Assembly (NCBI GenBank): GCA_020536535.1
Contig: JAHLWZ010000729.1
Span: 10,116-74,115, forward strand
Source of the DNA: Pelomyxa schiedti
Taxonomy: Eukaryota > Protista > Evosea
Length of the DNA: 64,000 nucleotides
Direction: 5' to 3'
Part shown: one piece after another, positions 26,958 through 41,983 of the stretch
Numbering within the stretch: the first letter of the stretch is position 1
Layout of the letters: the number at the start of each line of letters is the position of its first letter
Position numbers and translations under genes: made by a program
The notes under the pieces: model-generated
The model's database searches: none
Told to the model about the DNA's origin: nothing
What the model saw: only the letters and a program-made list of their open reading frames with translations

Positions 26958-28886
26958 TTACTCTACTGTCACAGTGACCTGCACTTCATTGTCGTCATCT
27001 GCTACTTTTGGTGGCAAAGGGGATACACGGGCACTGAAACCAGGGCCACTTGGTGTGATGGTAACCTGCTCGCCACTAGTCACAAATGGTAGCGAGAGCC
27101 TTTGCCCATAGCTCACTCTTCTCTCACCTGTAGAGTGTTAGCACAGCCACTTTTTTTTTTTTGAAATATTTTCACCTGTGGCTGTTGGCTCAGTATGGGA
27201 CAATTCCAGAACAACGGTTGTCTTTACAGAGTCCTTTGTTGTTCAGTTGAGAAGAAATGGAACAAAGGGAGGGTAGTGTACTTCTTGCAACAAGCGCAAT
27301 TTAACAGAACCATCAAATTTACAGGGTGTCACGCCCATGACAACAGAATTTCCGTCTTGCTTCACTGACACTTGCACCTAGGTCGATGTTAGAATTGGCT
27401 GGCAAAAAGCATGTATACCTGTGCCGATGTAGTTTCAATCTTGGGAAGCGATTGCGTGTGAACGAGTTGATCCTTTTCAATGTTCGCTTCCACTGCGAGC
27501 TTATTTTTCATGATGTAGGCTTTAAGTTTCCCATTTGAAATTCTGTACAGTAAAACATTAGAAGGCATCAGAAGAGCTTTAATATACTTCGGCATTAGGG
27601 AACCCACAGGGAAATAGAAAGGAATTTGCCATCCAGTTCGGGAATCGGGAGTGCTGTGCCCAAATCAGTTTGCTTGGGAAACAACAAAGTAGTTACCAAA
27701 CTATAATAGAGGATCCCTTCTTGAAGACAGTGTAAGACTCAGGGCCAAGGGGTGCATCCATCTCCACCCAGTAGGCTTCAGCATTTTCTATACAAATGAG
27801 TTTATTACAATAAGTATGCCGGAAAACCAGATATTGTCTTGGGTGTGTCAGATTTTGGGGGAGATGGAGTAGGTGTTGGAGTTGGGGTGGGAGTAGGTGG
27901 GTTAGTTGGTGTGACAGCTGGAGTCGAGGCAGGGGTGACTTTGGGTGTAACAGGTGCAATAGTGGGAAGAATGCCGGGTGTAGCAGAAGGGTTGGTATCA
28001 AAGTCACCTGCCAGTATCAATACAGCCATATTCCCATATTTTGAGTGAGGACCCACAGAAATGCCAGCCTAAAGGAAGTAAACATATTACCACAGAGTTG
28101 TTGCACAGACCACTCGGCAAGATATATCAAACAAACGAGTGCGGTCAACTTTTTTGGACTCACCATCTGAAATTATCAGCTGTATAATATGTTAAACTTT
28201 TTATTATTTTCTTTTGCTACAAAAACCTGTGCAACCACATCAAAGGCGTTAAGGGCACCATAGGAGAAGAGCTCAAAAAGCTAAGGAACAATCAGTGGAA
28301 GAACAAAGTCTTGCTCGAAGTACCCTTATTCTCCAGGCACCATATCTGGTGTACCTCTGGGAGGGTGTGGTACCATCAGACATTGTGTCATTTGTCTCAC
28401 CTTATCAGAGAGCTTAGAAACTGAAGTTGTAAGCACGGAAGAACCTCTGGGGCCTGCATCAAGGACCAGGTCTCTTGCAGAGTGTGATAAAGGCTCACAA
28501 AATGTGAGAGGTTCTCTGGCTCCTGCACGACGAAGGAATGCTATAGCAGCGTCAACTGCCTCAATTCCATCCGTTGTTTCTCTCTCGCCTACACCCGATA
28601 CAATTTGCCGCTTACCTTCGACGATTCAGTCCAAAAAAAAAAGGCACAAACACACAAACCTCTAAATGTGTGTAAAGTTGTAAGAATACGATCTGCAAAC
28701 GCCGCCGGTGCAGTGCGAGCTGCATTAAGCTCTTTGAATACATCTTCTGCAGTGAATTTTGGTGCCACCAAAGTTTTATTGGCGACAGCCTTCGATACAG
28801 CAGCAGGTCCCTGGGTAGTATTTTGTTTATGTTATTAAGATTGCATATTAACGTACTTGTGCAGCAAGGCCAAAAAGCTTGGCCAT
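26958..28886 (-). CDS. CAP/SCP-domain protein with Pro/Thr linker and beta-rich (possibly HSP20-like) C-terminal region, multi-exon
   Basis: Start MAKLFGLAAQ; VFKELNAARTAPAAF, AVDAAIAFL, LSHSARDLV, IISDG...R..LF and GISVGPHSKYGNMAVL match protist CAP proteins; ends ...EVQVTVTVE*. Confidence 0.75.
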
Positions 28887-29521
28887 TCTTTCTTCCTCTC
28901 TTTTATTTTGTTCTTCAGTTGCCTTTAGACCTCTGTCAAATGGTAGGTGTTATCCACCCATCAGTTATTGTTATTTTTATTTTTTTATTCTTATTTTTCA
29001 TTATTATGTTGAACCTATCGTCAGTGTCGCCGGTTGGCGAAGACGCCGAAGTTGAAGTGGCCGTCGGTTTAGTTGTCAACGGCTCTCCGCACGTCATACA
29101 AAACTATTCGGTTCATGTTAGTTGGTCGCGTCGTTGCGTAGGGTGCCTAACCTTTCCCGACGCCGCTGTAGCGTGACATCCCGTGCAAATCATTTTTTAT
29201 TTTTATTGTTTTTCTTGTGTTTGCGGAAAGAGTGCAGTGCCCCTTCAAAAGTTTTTCTCGTCGCTGGCACTCGGGAGAGGAAGAATACCGACCTTGCGGC
29301 AGAGTGTACCTTCGCACGCAGAAAAGGTAGAACCGAGAATTCATTCTCCACGGAACCACAAGGAAAGTGTATCGTGGGAATTGTTCAACTTCAGTGAGTA
29401 AATTTGGTTGTTTTCCTTGATCAACGGCAGGTAAAAGCTCCAGTTTTCCCCCCACAAACAAAGTGGTGGAGTTGAGGGAAAATTAGTTGAAAACAAACAG
29501 GAAAACAAAGAGAAAATTAAC

Positions 29522-31309
29522 ATGGAGTATCGCGTTGTGTTTGTTGACTCGCCAGAGAACCCAGACAGGGCTCTCAGTGTTTCCTTGCCACCAGCGGTAC
29601 AACCTCAAAAAGCGTAATAGATAGATTTTTTACGTCCGGTTTCCAAAGGCATCACTGCAACAACTCCTGGAGACTGTCGCATCAACCGTGGGGTGTTGCC
29701 ACTCCCAAATGAGTGTTGTTGTGCGGGGAAGACATCTTAAGAGCAGAAATGACTTGGTCTCTGCTTTGGTGCAACCTCGTGGTATGGACGTTTTAGTACA
29801 AGTTGACGAGAATGGATTGAATTTATCCAGCGTTCAGACAACATCTACGTTATACATAAGTCAGTAACTCGCCCAATCCTCACGAGAAACCTTTGCATGG
29901 GAACCATTCTGACCAGAAGTAAGGCTGGCATAAACAGCCAAGAGGTTGGGAGTTGTCTGCCTTCTCCATTTTCACTTTGACACTTAATCACAGGCATGTG
30001 CAAACATTGTCTCAGAATTGGCCAAGACCTGTACATTAGAATCCTGTGACTGGCGCACTGTGTGCCCCTTAGTTGTATCATTCCCTTGTTTGCTGATTGA
30101 CTTGTAGGGGGTGGATGTAATTCAATCTTTTTATCCACGGCCTGAATGCAAGGAGAGACAGCAAGTAGATTGCAGCATGAAACTTCGTATGCTTTTCTCA
30201 AAGGTATGGGGAGCTTTACACCTTATAAAGAGCAAGCTCTGCATGCAACCTGCACTTCTCTTATCAGCATTCGGCAAAAATTAGTCTTTTTGTCCCAGGT
30301 TCTGGAAGGTCCAACAAACGAAGATCAATCACAGTGTGATCCCTTACCCAATAACTGAGGATTTAATAAGTACAGGAAGGATGCAGTTGATTTGGGAGAA
30401 CAATGTCATCAACTGGCCTCAGTTCTTTCTATTTTAGCAACAACCCTGGCTAGCTTCTCCTCATCTACGATGTCAAGTAAATCATGTAATGCCGGCATTT
30501 ACAAAGCACCTTTTGGGGTTGTCTCTATACACACAGAAGTATTTAATTCCAAGAATGAGCATAATGTAGGCTAACTCTATCTTACCCCTTCTCACTGGTT
30601 GACTGCAGGGTAGAAGGGAAGATATTTCAAGTATCGCTCCAAAGAGATCTCTCATTCCACCGACTAAAGGCATTGTATGCATACCCCTAGCCAATAGTTG
30701 TTTTTTCGTTTGGTTAAGGGAAAAATAGGAAGAAATGGAGGAGCATGATCACACTTGCTTCATCTATGATTGCTCTCAAAATGCAAAAGCGGTCGTTATG
30801 CAAATGATCCTTGGAACGCTTGCACAGGGCAACAGTTTACTCCTTGTGCTGCAAGCAGCTTTCTTAAGAGATGTATTCAATGGCCTCTCACAGAGAGGAG
30901 TGGACACTGGTACACTCTTATCAACAAATAGACTATCTATTCTGGATAGCTCAGTTTACCTCCATGTAAGGTTCATTGTGTTTCCAAAACCACCAATCAA
31001 TTGACCTTCCAGGACCAACCTGCAGAGGAAAGAGTTACCTGGATAAAGGAGAATGCTGAGCACATCCTGGCAAAAAGTGGATGTAACTCTATCTCAATTG
31101 TGGGGGATGTAGGATACCCTACAGACAAGCCTGAGAATGTCCAACAGATATACGAGCAGCAACTATTATCTTACGAAACTATTGTAACAAACGCGCTATA
31201 CAAAGTCCTGCCAGCTGAGTGTATATGCCTCTACGAAAGAGCTGCCTTTCCTCCCCAATTCCTTTCCAAATTGATATTGGTGCATGAGTTTGAACTGGAA
31301 GAATATTGA
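29522..31309 (+). CDS. Multi-exon protein with N-terminal ubiquitin/PB1-like domain and C-terminal MEDS sensory domain
   Basis: HDHTCFIYD...LAQGNSLLLV...SILDSSVYL...ISIVGDVG...LLSYETIV...ICLYERAAFPPQFL..LILVHE matches the MEDS pattern. N-terminus MEYRVVFVD...SLQQLLETVASTVG is Ubl-like (weaker call). Confidence 0.75.
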
Positions 31310-31414
31310 TAGGTGCCACACAACATGAAAAACGAATTTTGTATAAAGTAAACTGCATCCTAATATAGTTGCAGAAAACACTCTTTCTTTCCTTTGTTTG
31401 GTCAGTATTTTTGG

Positions 31415-32332
31415 TCAGTGGTTTTTCAGCCAGGCACGAAACGAATTCACAAACGCTAATCGAGTCCCACTCATTCCAGCAGCCACAGCCCACCCAGGAA
31501 GGCTTCCCCTGAACAAATGAGAAACAGACAATGGGCAGAAATACCAACCTCAGATCGGTGCAAACAATCTCTGTTATCTCGGTTGTGTTTGGGTCCACCT
31601 CTCTGAATATAACGCCAGAGGGGTAATTCTTTGCACGAACTGAACCTTTTTGAAAGGAGATGAGTATACTTTTTAAAAAGTAGTCTTGGGGTACCCTGAG
31701 CTGGAGTGAGAGATACACCCTCATAAGCTTGAGAACAAAGCACAGCGGCGCGACAAGTGGGATATGATGAAAGTGGCGGGACATCAGACATAACCCGGCA
31801 GTCCACATAGTCACGGGAAGATATCCACCCTCCAACAGCTGGATTTGTTACGACATGAACTATATCCCGGCGCCAAGTTCTCCCTGAATGAGTTGCGCAA
31901 GGGTCTATAGTGTAAATTGATTCCAGAATCTTGAAGGTATTGTCCAATTCTTGATGACTGACAGGATCTGCACCAGGTTAACCGGAAAGTAGCTAAAAAA
32001 AAGGGAAGATTCTTAACCCCACAGTGACTCAAGAACTTTGTTCATGGGAGCATTCAACAATGCAACTGTCTTGAACGTTGAAGGGCGTGGCTCTGTTCCA
32101 GGCCTAATATCAGCCCTGCTTACAGTCACACCATCCTGTGCAATATCGGTAAATCTCAATGCATGTATCAATAACAGTTATTTGTGGTGACCAGCGGATA
32201 ACACACCCCTGACTTAACTACGGACCAAATGTCAGCCCTCTGCGCCTTCGATATTAATTCGTCAATTGTGGCCTGGCACAGATCGCACAGATCTTCCCCG
32301 GTCCATGATGGAAGCGCAGGCAATTTACTCAT
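31415..32332 (-). CDS. START-domain lipid/sterol transfer protein (STARD4/5-like), multi-exon
   Basis: AVGGWISSRDYVDCR, VRAKNYPSG and TDLRGSLPGWAV motifs; ends RAWLKNH*. Confidence 0.85.
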
Positions 32333-32467
32333 GTCAATGTGCCAAGGTGTAAGACGAACTGGAAAATACGATAAACGGAAACACTTTTTTCCGAAAAAAT
32401 GATGATCTGCCTGATGAAAAGAGACAAGGAAAAGAACCATAAAAAGATACAAAAAGGCTCTTCGCAG

Positions 32468-35496
<3,029 letters not shown>

Positions 35497-35611
35497 TTTA
35501 GGCAGAAATGTAACACCAAATTGATAATTGAAAAAAATGAAAAACTTTATTTTCATTTCGAGGGAAGAGTGATAGGAATTGTACAGAGAATGGATTGCGT
35601 GAGGTGGGTGA

Positions 35612-37091
35612 CTAGCTACACCTTGAGGGGTTCACAGGTGGGCAACGGCGAGGGTGAGGGTGAGGCATTTGTGCCGGAGACTGAAGAGTGGGTGACAGTG
35701 GTTGGGTTTGCTTCAGTGGAAGGTGTGCCGGTTGTGGACTCGATAATCTGGGTGAGTAGTGCGCTAAGGTCGTCGTGACATTCAGTGTTGGCGTTTTGGG
35801 TGGCAGTTGCGGCCGTGTTGTGAATTTCAGTGGAAGTCGGTTGTGTGTCACATTCACAAGGAGTTGTAGGAGTAGTGATATGCTGGTGAACGCGTGATTT
35901 CTTGTTTGAACGTACCGTTAATCCTAAAGATATTAGTACGGTATGAATAAAAAAAAAAAGGTGAAACCTTGGTGATCGTCAATGACCTGCCCAAGATCTT
36001 TCGGAGGTCGTTTCCTGGCAGTATAACCCTGTGTGTTAGTGTGGAGTGCGTGAGGGGAGAGGGGAGGCGTGTTGGGAGAAGAGGGTTGGGGGGTGTTCTG
36101 GTCCTTTTCTATAACGAATTCTTCACGAAAGGCACAATTTGGAAGTTTAATGGACTCATCCAACTCGGGCACAACTGGAGTTGAAGGAGGTGGAGGAGGA
36201 ACACTCAGCGCAGGGGAACTGCACCCTGGCACGCAAAAGCCTTCTATGAGTTCATCCACCTCTCCAGTTCTTGTTGAACTGGGAACCAAAGCTCCAATCT
36301 CACTTACAAATTCATCTATCTCTGCAAATTCGCCAGCTGCTATAGGAGTGCTTCCGTCCACCTCTTCAACAACGACTGCTGTAACAATACTTCTCTCATC
36401 TTTCACACTGCCCCCTTCAAGCACTTCCTCACAGGTACCAAGTGGTGTCTCAATATTGGCTGTGGGTTCCGCGGTCGTTAGAGTAGCTGTGACAGTCCGG
36501 GCCAGTTGAACCTGTTTCCCTAAGAAGACATCAGAACTACTGCCGCAAATCATTTAAGGACGCACAAGTATCCAAGAGCTTATTAAAGGTGACAGTAAAG
36601 TTTGAAGCACCAGCCTTCAGCTCAATTACAAGTGGTGGCAGTTCAGTGTTACCTGCATTCAGGGCTTCCCAAAAATGTACCAGAATGGACATAGGAATTT
36701 GCTGTGATGTTGTTTAGTACGAAGGAAGGAGGGAACAAGAAATTACTTCAGCATAGGACAAGCCAGTTCTAAAGGACAGGCCCAAACCCGGAAACACCAA
36801 TGTTACGTCGGAGGCAATAGAAAACCTATCCTGCAAAGCGCGCATGAAAGTGGCGACGTTTTTGTCAATGAGATCGGCGCGGCTCTCAAACAGAAGAGAT
36901 GCGTTCGCGTTCGACGTGGAGTCGCTCGGTGGAAGAAACACTGAGTACACACCACCAAGATACGACAAAGAAATGTCGGGAATTGCTGCACGGAGAAACA
37001 GGAAACAAGCCGTAAGACAAAAAAAAAAAAAAAGCCAGAAAAGAAACCATTCGGAACCTTCAATAAGATCTGTCTCGAAAGCGTCCAACAT
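35612..37091 (-). CDS. Hypothetical protein with DUF2420-like N-terminal domain and acidic/Pro-rich tail; 3' end approximate
   Basis: LLFESRADLIDKNVATFMRALQ...VTLVFPGLGLSF...YAE resembles, from memory, the fungal DUF2420 pattern. Exons include parts of 36714-37091 and 35933-36553. Confidence 0.5.
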
Positions 37092-37443
37092 CGGTGAACA
37101 ATAGTGTAGTGCGGCTCACTATTTGTTGTCGTAACTCTGACTCGTATTTTTTTTTTTTTTGTTTTTATCTCCCTTGCCTTTTCCAGATTCTCAGGGTCTG
37201 GCCCTACGGAGTGAATGAGAAGAAGTCGATTCTTGTACCCGCCAGCGGGTACTCCCCTCGTGATCTTTTTGGCTCGTAAACAACCCACATTGTTGGGACG
37301 GCCCAAAAAAAGAAACGAGGGCGGGGAGCCCATAATGTCGCGCACTTTCAAAACACTTGGTTGCCAGGCAAGAAAATTCACAAACGAAGGTGAGGTTTTT
37401 TTACCCTGGCTTCTAGACTCACGCCCCTCTGAGTCGAAAACTT

Positions 37444-38037
37444 TTACAGTAACATCCTCATGTCGGTGTTGTGGCCCTCAGGCGACCAGTAGCCGTCGCC
37501 GTAGGCCACGAAGCCGTGGCGTTGGTACCACCGCACCGCCCTGCCGTTGTTTGTCTGCACGCCCCCGAGCAGCACGAGGCTCCTGCACCCCAGCGCCGAC
37601 CTGCAGAACCCCACGACGTGCGGGAAGCACGCGGCGGCCACCCCCCGCGACTGCCACTCGTCCGCGACGCAGGGCGCGAACGCCGCGTCGGCCTCGCCCA
37701 GGCTCGCCCCCGCGCGGTAGTAGCGCGCCCGCGCGTGCGCGTCGCACCCCAGGCCGATGGAGAAGTACGCGACCACGACGACGGCAGGCGGCGGCGGCGG
37801 CGGCGGCGGTGCAGTGTGGTCCAGGGCCTCGGTCACGTCCAGCGCCACGAGCGAGGTTGCTTGGGGGTCGTGGCAGAGGGACGACGCGGTTGCTTGGTCC
37901 AAGGCGTGCGGAGCAAAGAACTTCCTGGTGGCAGTCGACAGCGACGCGAAAAAAGACCCCAGTGCGGGGGAGTGATCGGGACGCAGGACGTGCAGCTGCA
38001 GGCGCGAGGAGGGCCCGCAGGGCACTAGGGCTATCAT
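37444..38037 (-). CDS. GNAT-family N-acetyltransferase, intronless and GC-rich
   Basis: Motif A FAPCVADEWQSRGVA and motif B GGVQTNNGRAVRWYQRHGF. Confidence 0.9.
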   Translation of the reverse strand: MIALVPCGPSSRLQLHVLRPDHSPALGSFFASLSTATRKFFAPHALDQATASSLCHDPQATSLVALDVTEALDHTAPPPPPPPPAVVVVAYFSIGLGCDAHARARYYRAGASLGEADAAFAPCVADEWQSRGVAAACFPHVVGFCRSALGCRSLVLLGGVQTNNGRAVRWYQRHGFVAYGDGYWSPEGHNTDMRMLL

Positions 38038-38115
38038 TTTTTTTTTTTTTTAATATCTTTCACCATCCATCTTTACGTGGTTTCGTTTCTTAAGGTTCGA
38101 AAGGGCTTAATGTGT

Positions 38116-41100
38116 TTATGTTTTTTCCCCCAGCTCGTGGGTTTTGCCCTCTTTTGTGGATGAAGCACAGAGCAGGTTATGAGTTAGAGCTAGGAAGAAG
38201 ATGACGAGGATGAAGACCTCTTTTTCCTCTTTCTCCGGCTTTTGATTGTGGTTGACGATGAGGAAGTCGAGGAATTTGATGCACGTTTCTTCCTGTCCTT
38301 CTTTGAGTTCTTCCCACGAGATTGTGTCCCCTTTTTTTTCGGCATGTAAATGGCCTTTTTTTTGGGTCGTCGCTTTCGTTTGGGCTTTGTTTGTTGTGGG
38401 GACGAGGATGAGGATGAGGATGAGGATGAGGATGAGGATGAGGATGAGGATGAGGATGAGGATGAGGATGAGGATGAGGATGAGGATGAGGATGAGGATG
38501 AGGATGAGGATGNNNNNNNNNNNNNNNNNNNNNNNNNNNNNNNNNNNNNNNNNNNNNNNNNNNNNNNNNNNNNNNNNNNNNNNNNNNNNNNNNNNNNNNN
38601 NNNNNNNNNNNNATGAGGATGAGGATGAGGATGAGGATGAGGATGAGGATGAGGATGAGGATGAGGATGAGGATGAGGATGAGGATGAGGATGAGGATGA
38701 GGATGAGGATGAGGATGAGGATGAGGATGAGGAAGAAGTGCAAGCCTTTGTTGTGGCTTTTCTACTGGAATGGCGTTGTGTTGCCGAGATGTCATCATCA
38801 TCAGGGCTGTCATTGTCTGTGGGACTTTCCTCCTTTGCTCTCAGTGATGACATGGGAATGGGTGGCAGTGGCTTCTTGAGCCGGAACTGTTCCACTCTGG
38901 AATCGTACTTGAGAAGTGCAGCCAAAGGTGGGCTGCAATTCAGCACTGACCCTTTGTTTGCACTTGGCGGTGGGTTCTTGAGGATGTACTTGAGGGCCTC
39001 TTCTGTTGATGGGCGTTCATCAAACAGTTCCTTAGAGAGGAGTTCCGCCCATTTCTTTACTTCCGCACAACTCTCTGGGTGGGTCTTACAGAAAGGGGCT
39101 TGGCTTAGCATTTGTCCTAGCATATACACATCAGATTTGGCACTGCACTTGCGATCTATGGGTTTTTCAAGAAGGCGCACAGTTTTTGAGTGATAGGTAC
39201 CAAACTCGGCAGCATATTCCAAGTCGATCAGAAGCCAGCTATTTGTATCTGGGTTGAACACAAGATTCGCCCACCTCACATCACGGTGGGCAATTCCGAG
39301 GCTGTGAAGGCCTGCCAGGCCAAATAGAGTGCTCACCGCAGCTATGAATAGCTCCAATTCATTGGTTGGGTGCCGAGCATCACCAAGTGGCGCTAGTGTT
39401 ACTTCTAATTCTTCTGCACTCTTGGTTTTCTTCGTGTCCCTACTGCCCTTCCTCCCACTGCTGATAACTCTTGGGAAGTGCACAGCATGAATTATGAAAG
39501 GCTTCAATGATTCTTCGACATCTTCTTGTAATCGTCTGTAGACTGAGGAAAATGTTTCAACAGAGAAAGTAGAACTGTGCAAGTGTCAGTTAGAGCACTC
39601 TGATTGGCACAACAAACCAAGTGCGTGATATCCTCTTGTGTATGTACCTATTACTCTTTAAGGTCACCACACAATTTGATTCTTCTTTCTTCAGTATGAT
39701 ATCTGTAGTCACAGGTATCTTTTGCGTACCATAAGTGTACATTGCGTTTTAGGTATTGACAATGTTACATACCCTGTGAAATACATCAAATGTTTTTATC
39801 AAACGGCAAACATTGATAGCAAAAATGAACATTTGCAGCTTATCCTATGTGATGAATGTAAGGTTTGTACAGAAAACAGAAATGAAAACAAACATTTTCT
39901 TGAAGCATATCCAGTGACGGCCCCAGCTGTTCAGTGACATATTGTTTGTTTTTTCCTTTAAAGCACACACAGGGCTGAAAAGTTGCCCCAGAAGTTGCAT
40001 AGGTCACAAGGTACTTAATGAAAGTAGCCTCAAACCAGGGATCTTTACGGATCTTCTTCCTTAACTCTTTTTTTGGTTTCCCTAGTGGGTGGACTGCACA
40101 TTTTTCTTCACCTTCTTTATTTTTGAAAACAGGAGCTCACCTTTGACCATAAGTTTCCCATCAAACTCAAACCACCAGTCTGCTCGTGTTCCCGCCACAG
40201 ATACAGATTTTTCTGTTCTGTTCCTTTGTGGTGTTTTGCTTCTTGCTGCCACATCAGGATTGTGCTTCCTCCATTGGTGAAATGGTTCTGCAAAGTATTT
40301 CTCAATCCAGCCAGCAAGGGAAGCCTCTGAGCTGTCTGGGATGCTTTCTCTTCGATATTTCAGTCCAGAATAAACCTCACACAAACCAGGGCAACTCCTT
40401 GCCAGGTCAAACTGGAACACTTTTGGGAACCTTTGATGCAACCAAATCTCTGAAGAATCAGAAGAAACAGCCAAAGGGGTATCCAACAGGTACTTTTTGA
40501 GTTCTGCTCTTACAGGCACCTTATCAAAAGGTTTTATCAGAGCATCAATTATTTCTTTTGTCACATCCTCTTTTTGGAGTTACATAACACTCAAAAAAGA
40601 AAACATAAACCTTGAGATGACAATGTGTCAATCAAATCATCCTCTGATGTAATTGATAGCATTGTCTCCAATGCTTCCTCACACATATCCATACCATTTA
40701 TTTTCTTCATAAACTGCTGTTTTGCCAGAGGAGCGCAATCTTGCCTAATAATAAGAGAATACAAACGCTTTTTCTTTTGGGAATTCAATGAAAGTGGAAA
40801 GAATTCACTCATACCTCTGCTGTAAAAAGCTGATGAAGAAACTTGGATGCTGAAGGTGCAACCACAAGAATTGGCACCAAAGAGATAAGATTTGCGATGT
40901 TTTCAGTTCTAAGGGTCCAGAATTGAACTAGAAGTGTTTTGAAGTCACAGTTCAAAGATTTCATCTAAAAAAAAATGAGCTCCAGTGATTTCGAAAGGAT
41001 AACCTTATGATTGGCCAAAGCCAAGGTTAAGCCATAAGAATCTTTACAGAGGAGCAGTTCCCTAGTGAGTATGACAAGAGATTCGAGATTTAAATCATCA

Positions 41101-41983
41101 AGGAATGAGGTGACTTCCATAGGACAACAAGTGTTGATCTAGATTTGTTAGAAATGATAACTGAAAAATAAATGACTTGATACTTTATATTCCACCAGGA
41201 ATTTTGCTGCCTCCAGCGGAGAACTCTCGTATCCTTGAAGATTTTCGATCAAGCACACAAGAGACTGAACGACCAAGCTGTCAACAAATTTTCTACTCAC
41301 TGTGAATCCTAAAGTATCCTCAATCTGTGGTGCACATTCAATTTTCATTTCAATCAGAAAGGAAGAACCTGATGACAGGCAAATAGCCTTAACACTTGTA
41401 AAACGTCATAATCAGCACTATTGTTAGATGTCTGGGTGTGCAGCAAGAAAGTGCAGATTGCAGGTACAGCAACTAAATTGGAGGAAATTTCCTCAGCAAC
41501 TCGCCGAACGTCACTGTTAACAGGAAGATGAGTGGAAACGGAGTGCCACTTGGCATGAATAGTTTCCCGCTGTTCTTGGGTGAGATGTTTGTCCCTCTGC
41601 TGCATGGTATTCACACGGGAACCAACTTGGGAACACCGCGGCTTCTTTTTAGTGGGAGGTGACGGTTTGTTGCCGGACAGTTGGGGAGGGTGAATGTTAA
41701 CAGAAGTCTTTGGAGTAGTAGTGGCTGGAGTGCCTAGCACTGATTTGTGTTGTGGCTTTGGCGAATGGCCTGCGACATTGCCTCCTCCTGTTGTGGAGCT
41801 CTTCTTTCCTTTTCTTCCACTTAAATCCTCAATATTAACACTGCAAGCATTCGTGGTGCTCGCTGTTGACAAATCGCCACACTTCATCTGAATCTGTGAG
41901 GTAGGTAGACACGAGGAGTTGTTGAACTTGTAAGTTACCGCTTCAATTTGGTGCCAAGCGACTTGTCCTCGGTGCACCGACAA
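38116..41983 (-). CDS. Crinkler(CRN)-like protein: PD-(D/E)xK REase-fold domain plus protein kinase with Ser/Lys-rich tail; multi-exon, both ends approximate, 3' part crosses the gap
   Basis: Removing a 29-nt intron (40140-40112) gives RADWWFEFDGKLMVKGEEK...PKKELRKK...YLVTYATSG. Kinase LHSLGIAHRDVRWANLV...WLLIDLEYA...SDVYMLG...RPSTEEAL. Confidence 0.75.
38404..38730. repeat. (GAGGAT)n hexamer microsatellite spanning a 100-N assembly gap (38513-38612); encodes poly-Ser on the minus strand
   Basis: Perfect repeat on both sides of the N run. Confidence 0.97.

Noticed and set aside
29020-29185. CpG-rich intergenic stretch with short hairpins and an 11-mer shared with the tRNA-like element
   Set aside because: Stems are only 4-6 bp, and chance 11-mer matches are common in 64 kb. 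More likely ordinary divergent promoter DNA.
38177-39193. Poly-ED, poly-MR, poly-HP and poly-IL ORFs
   Set aside because: Alternative-frame translations of the (GAGGAT)n microsatellite; frame across the arbitrary 100-N gap is meaningless.
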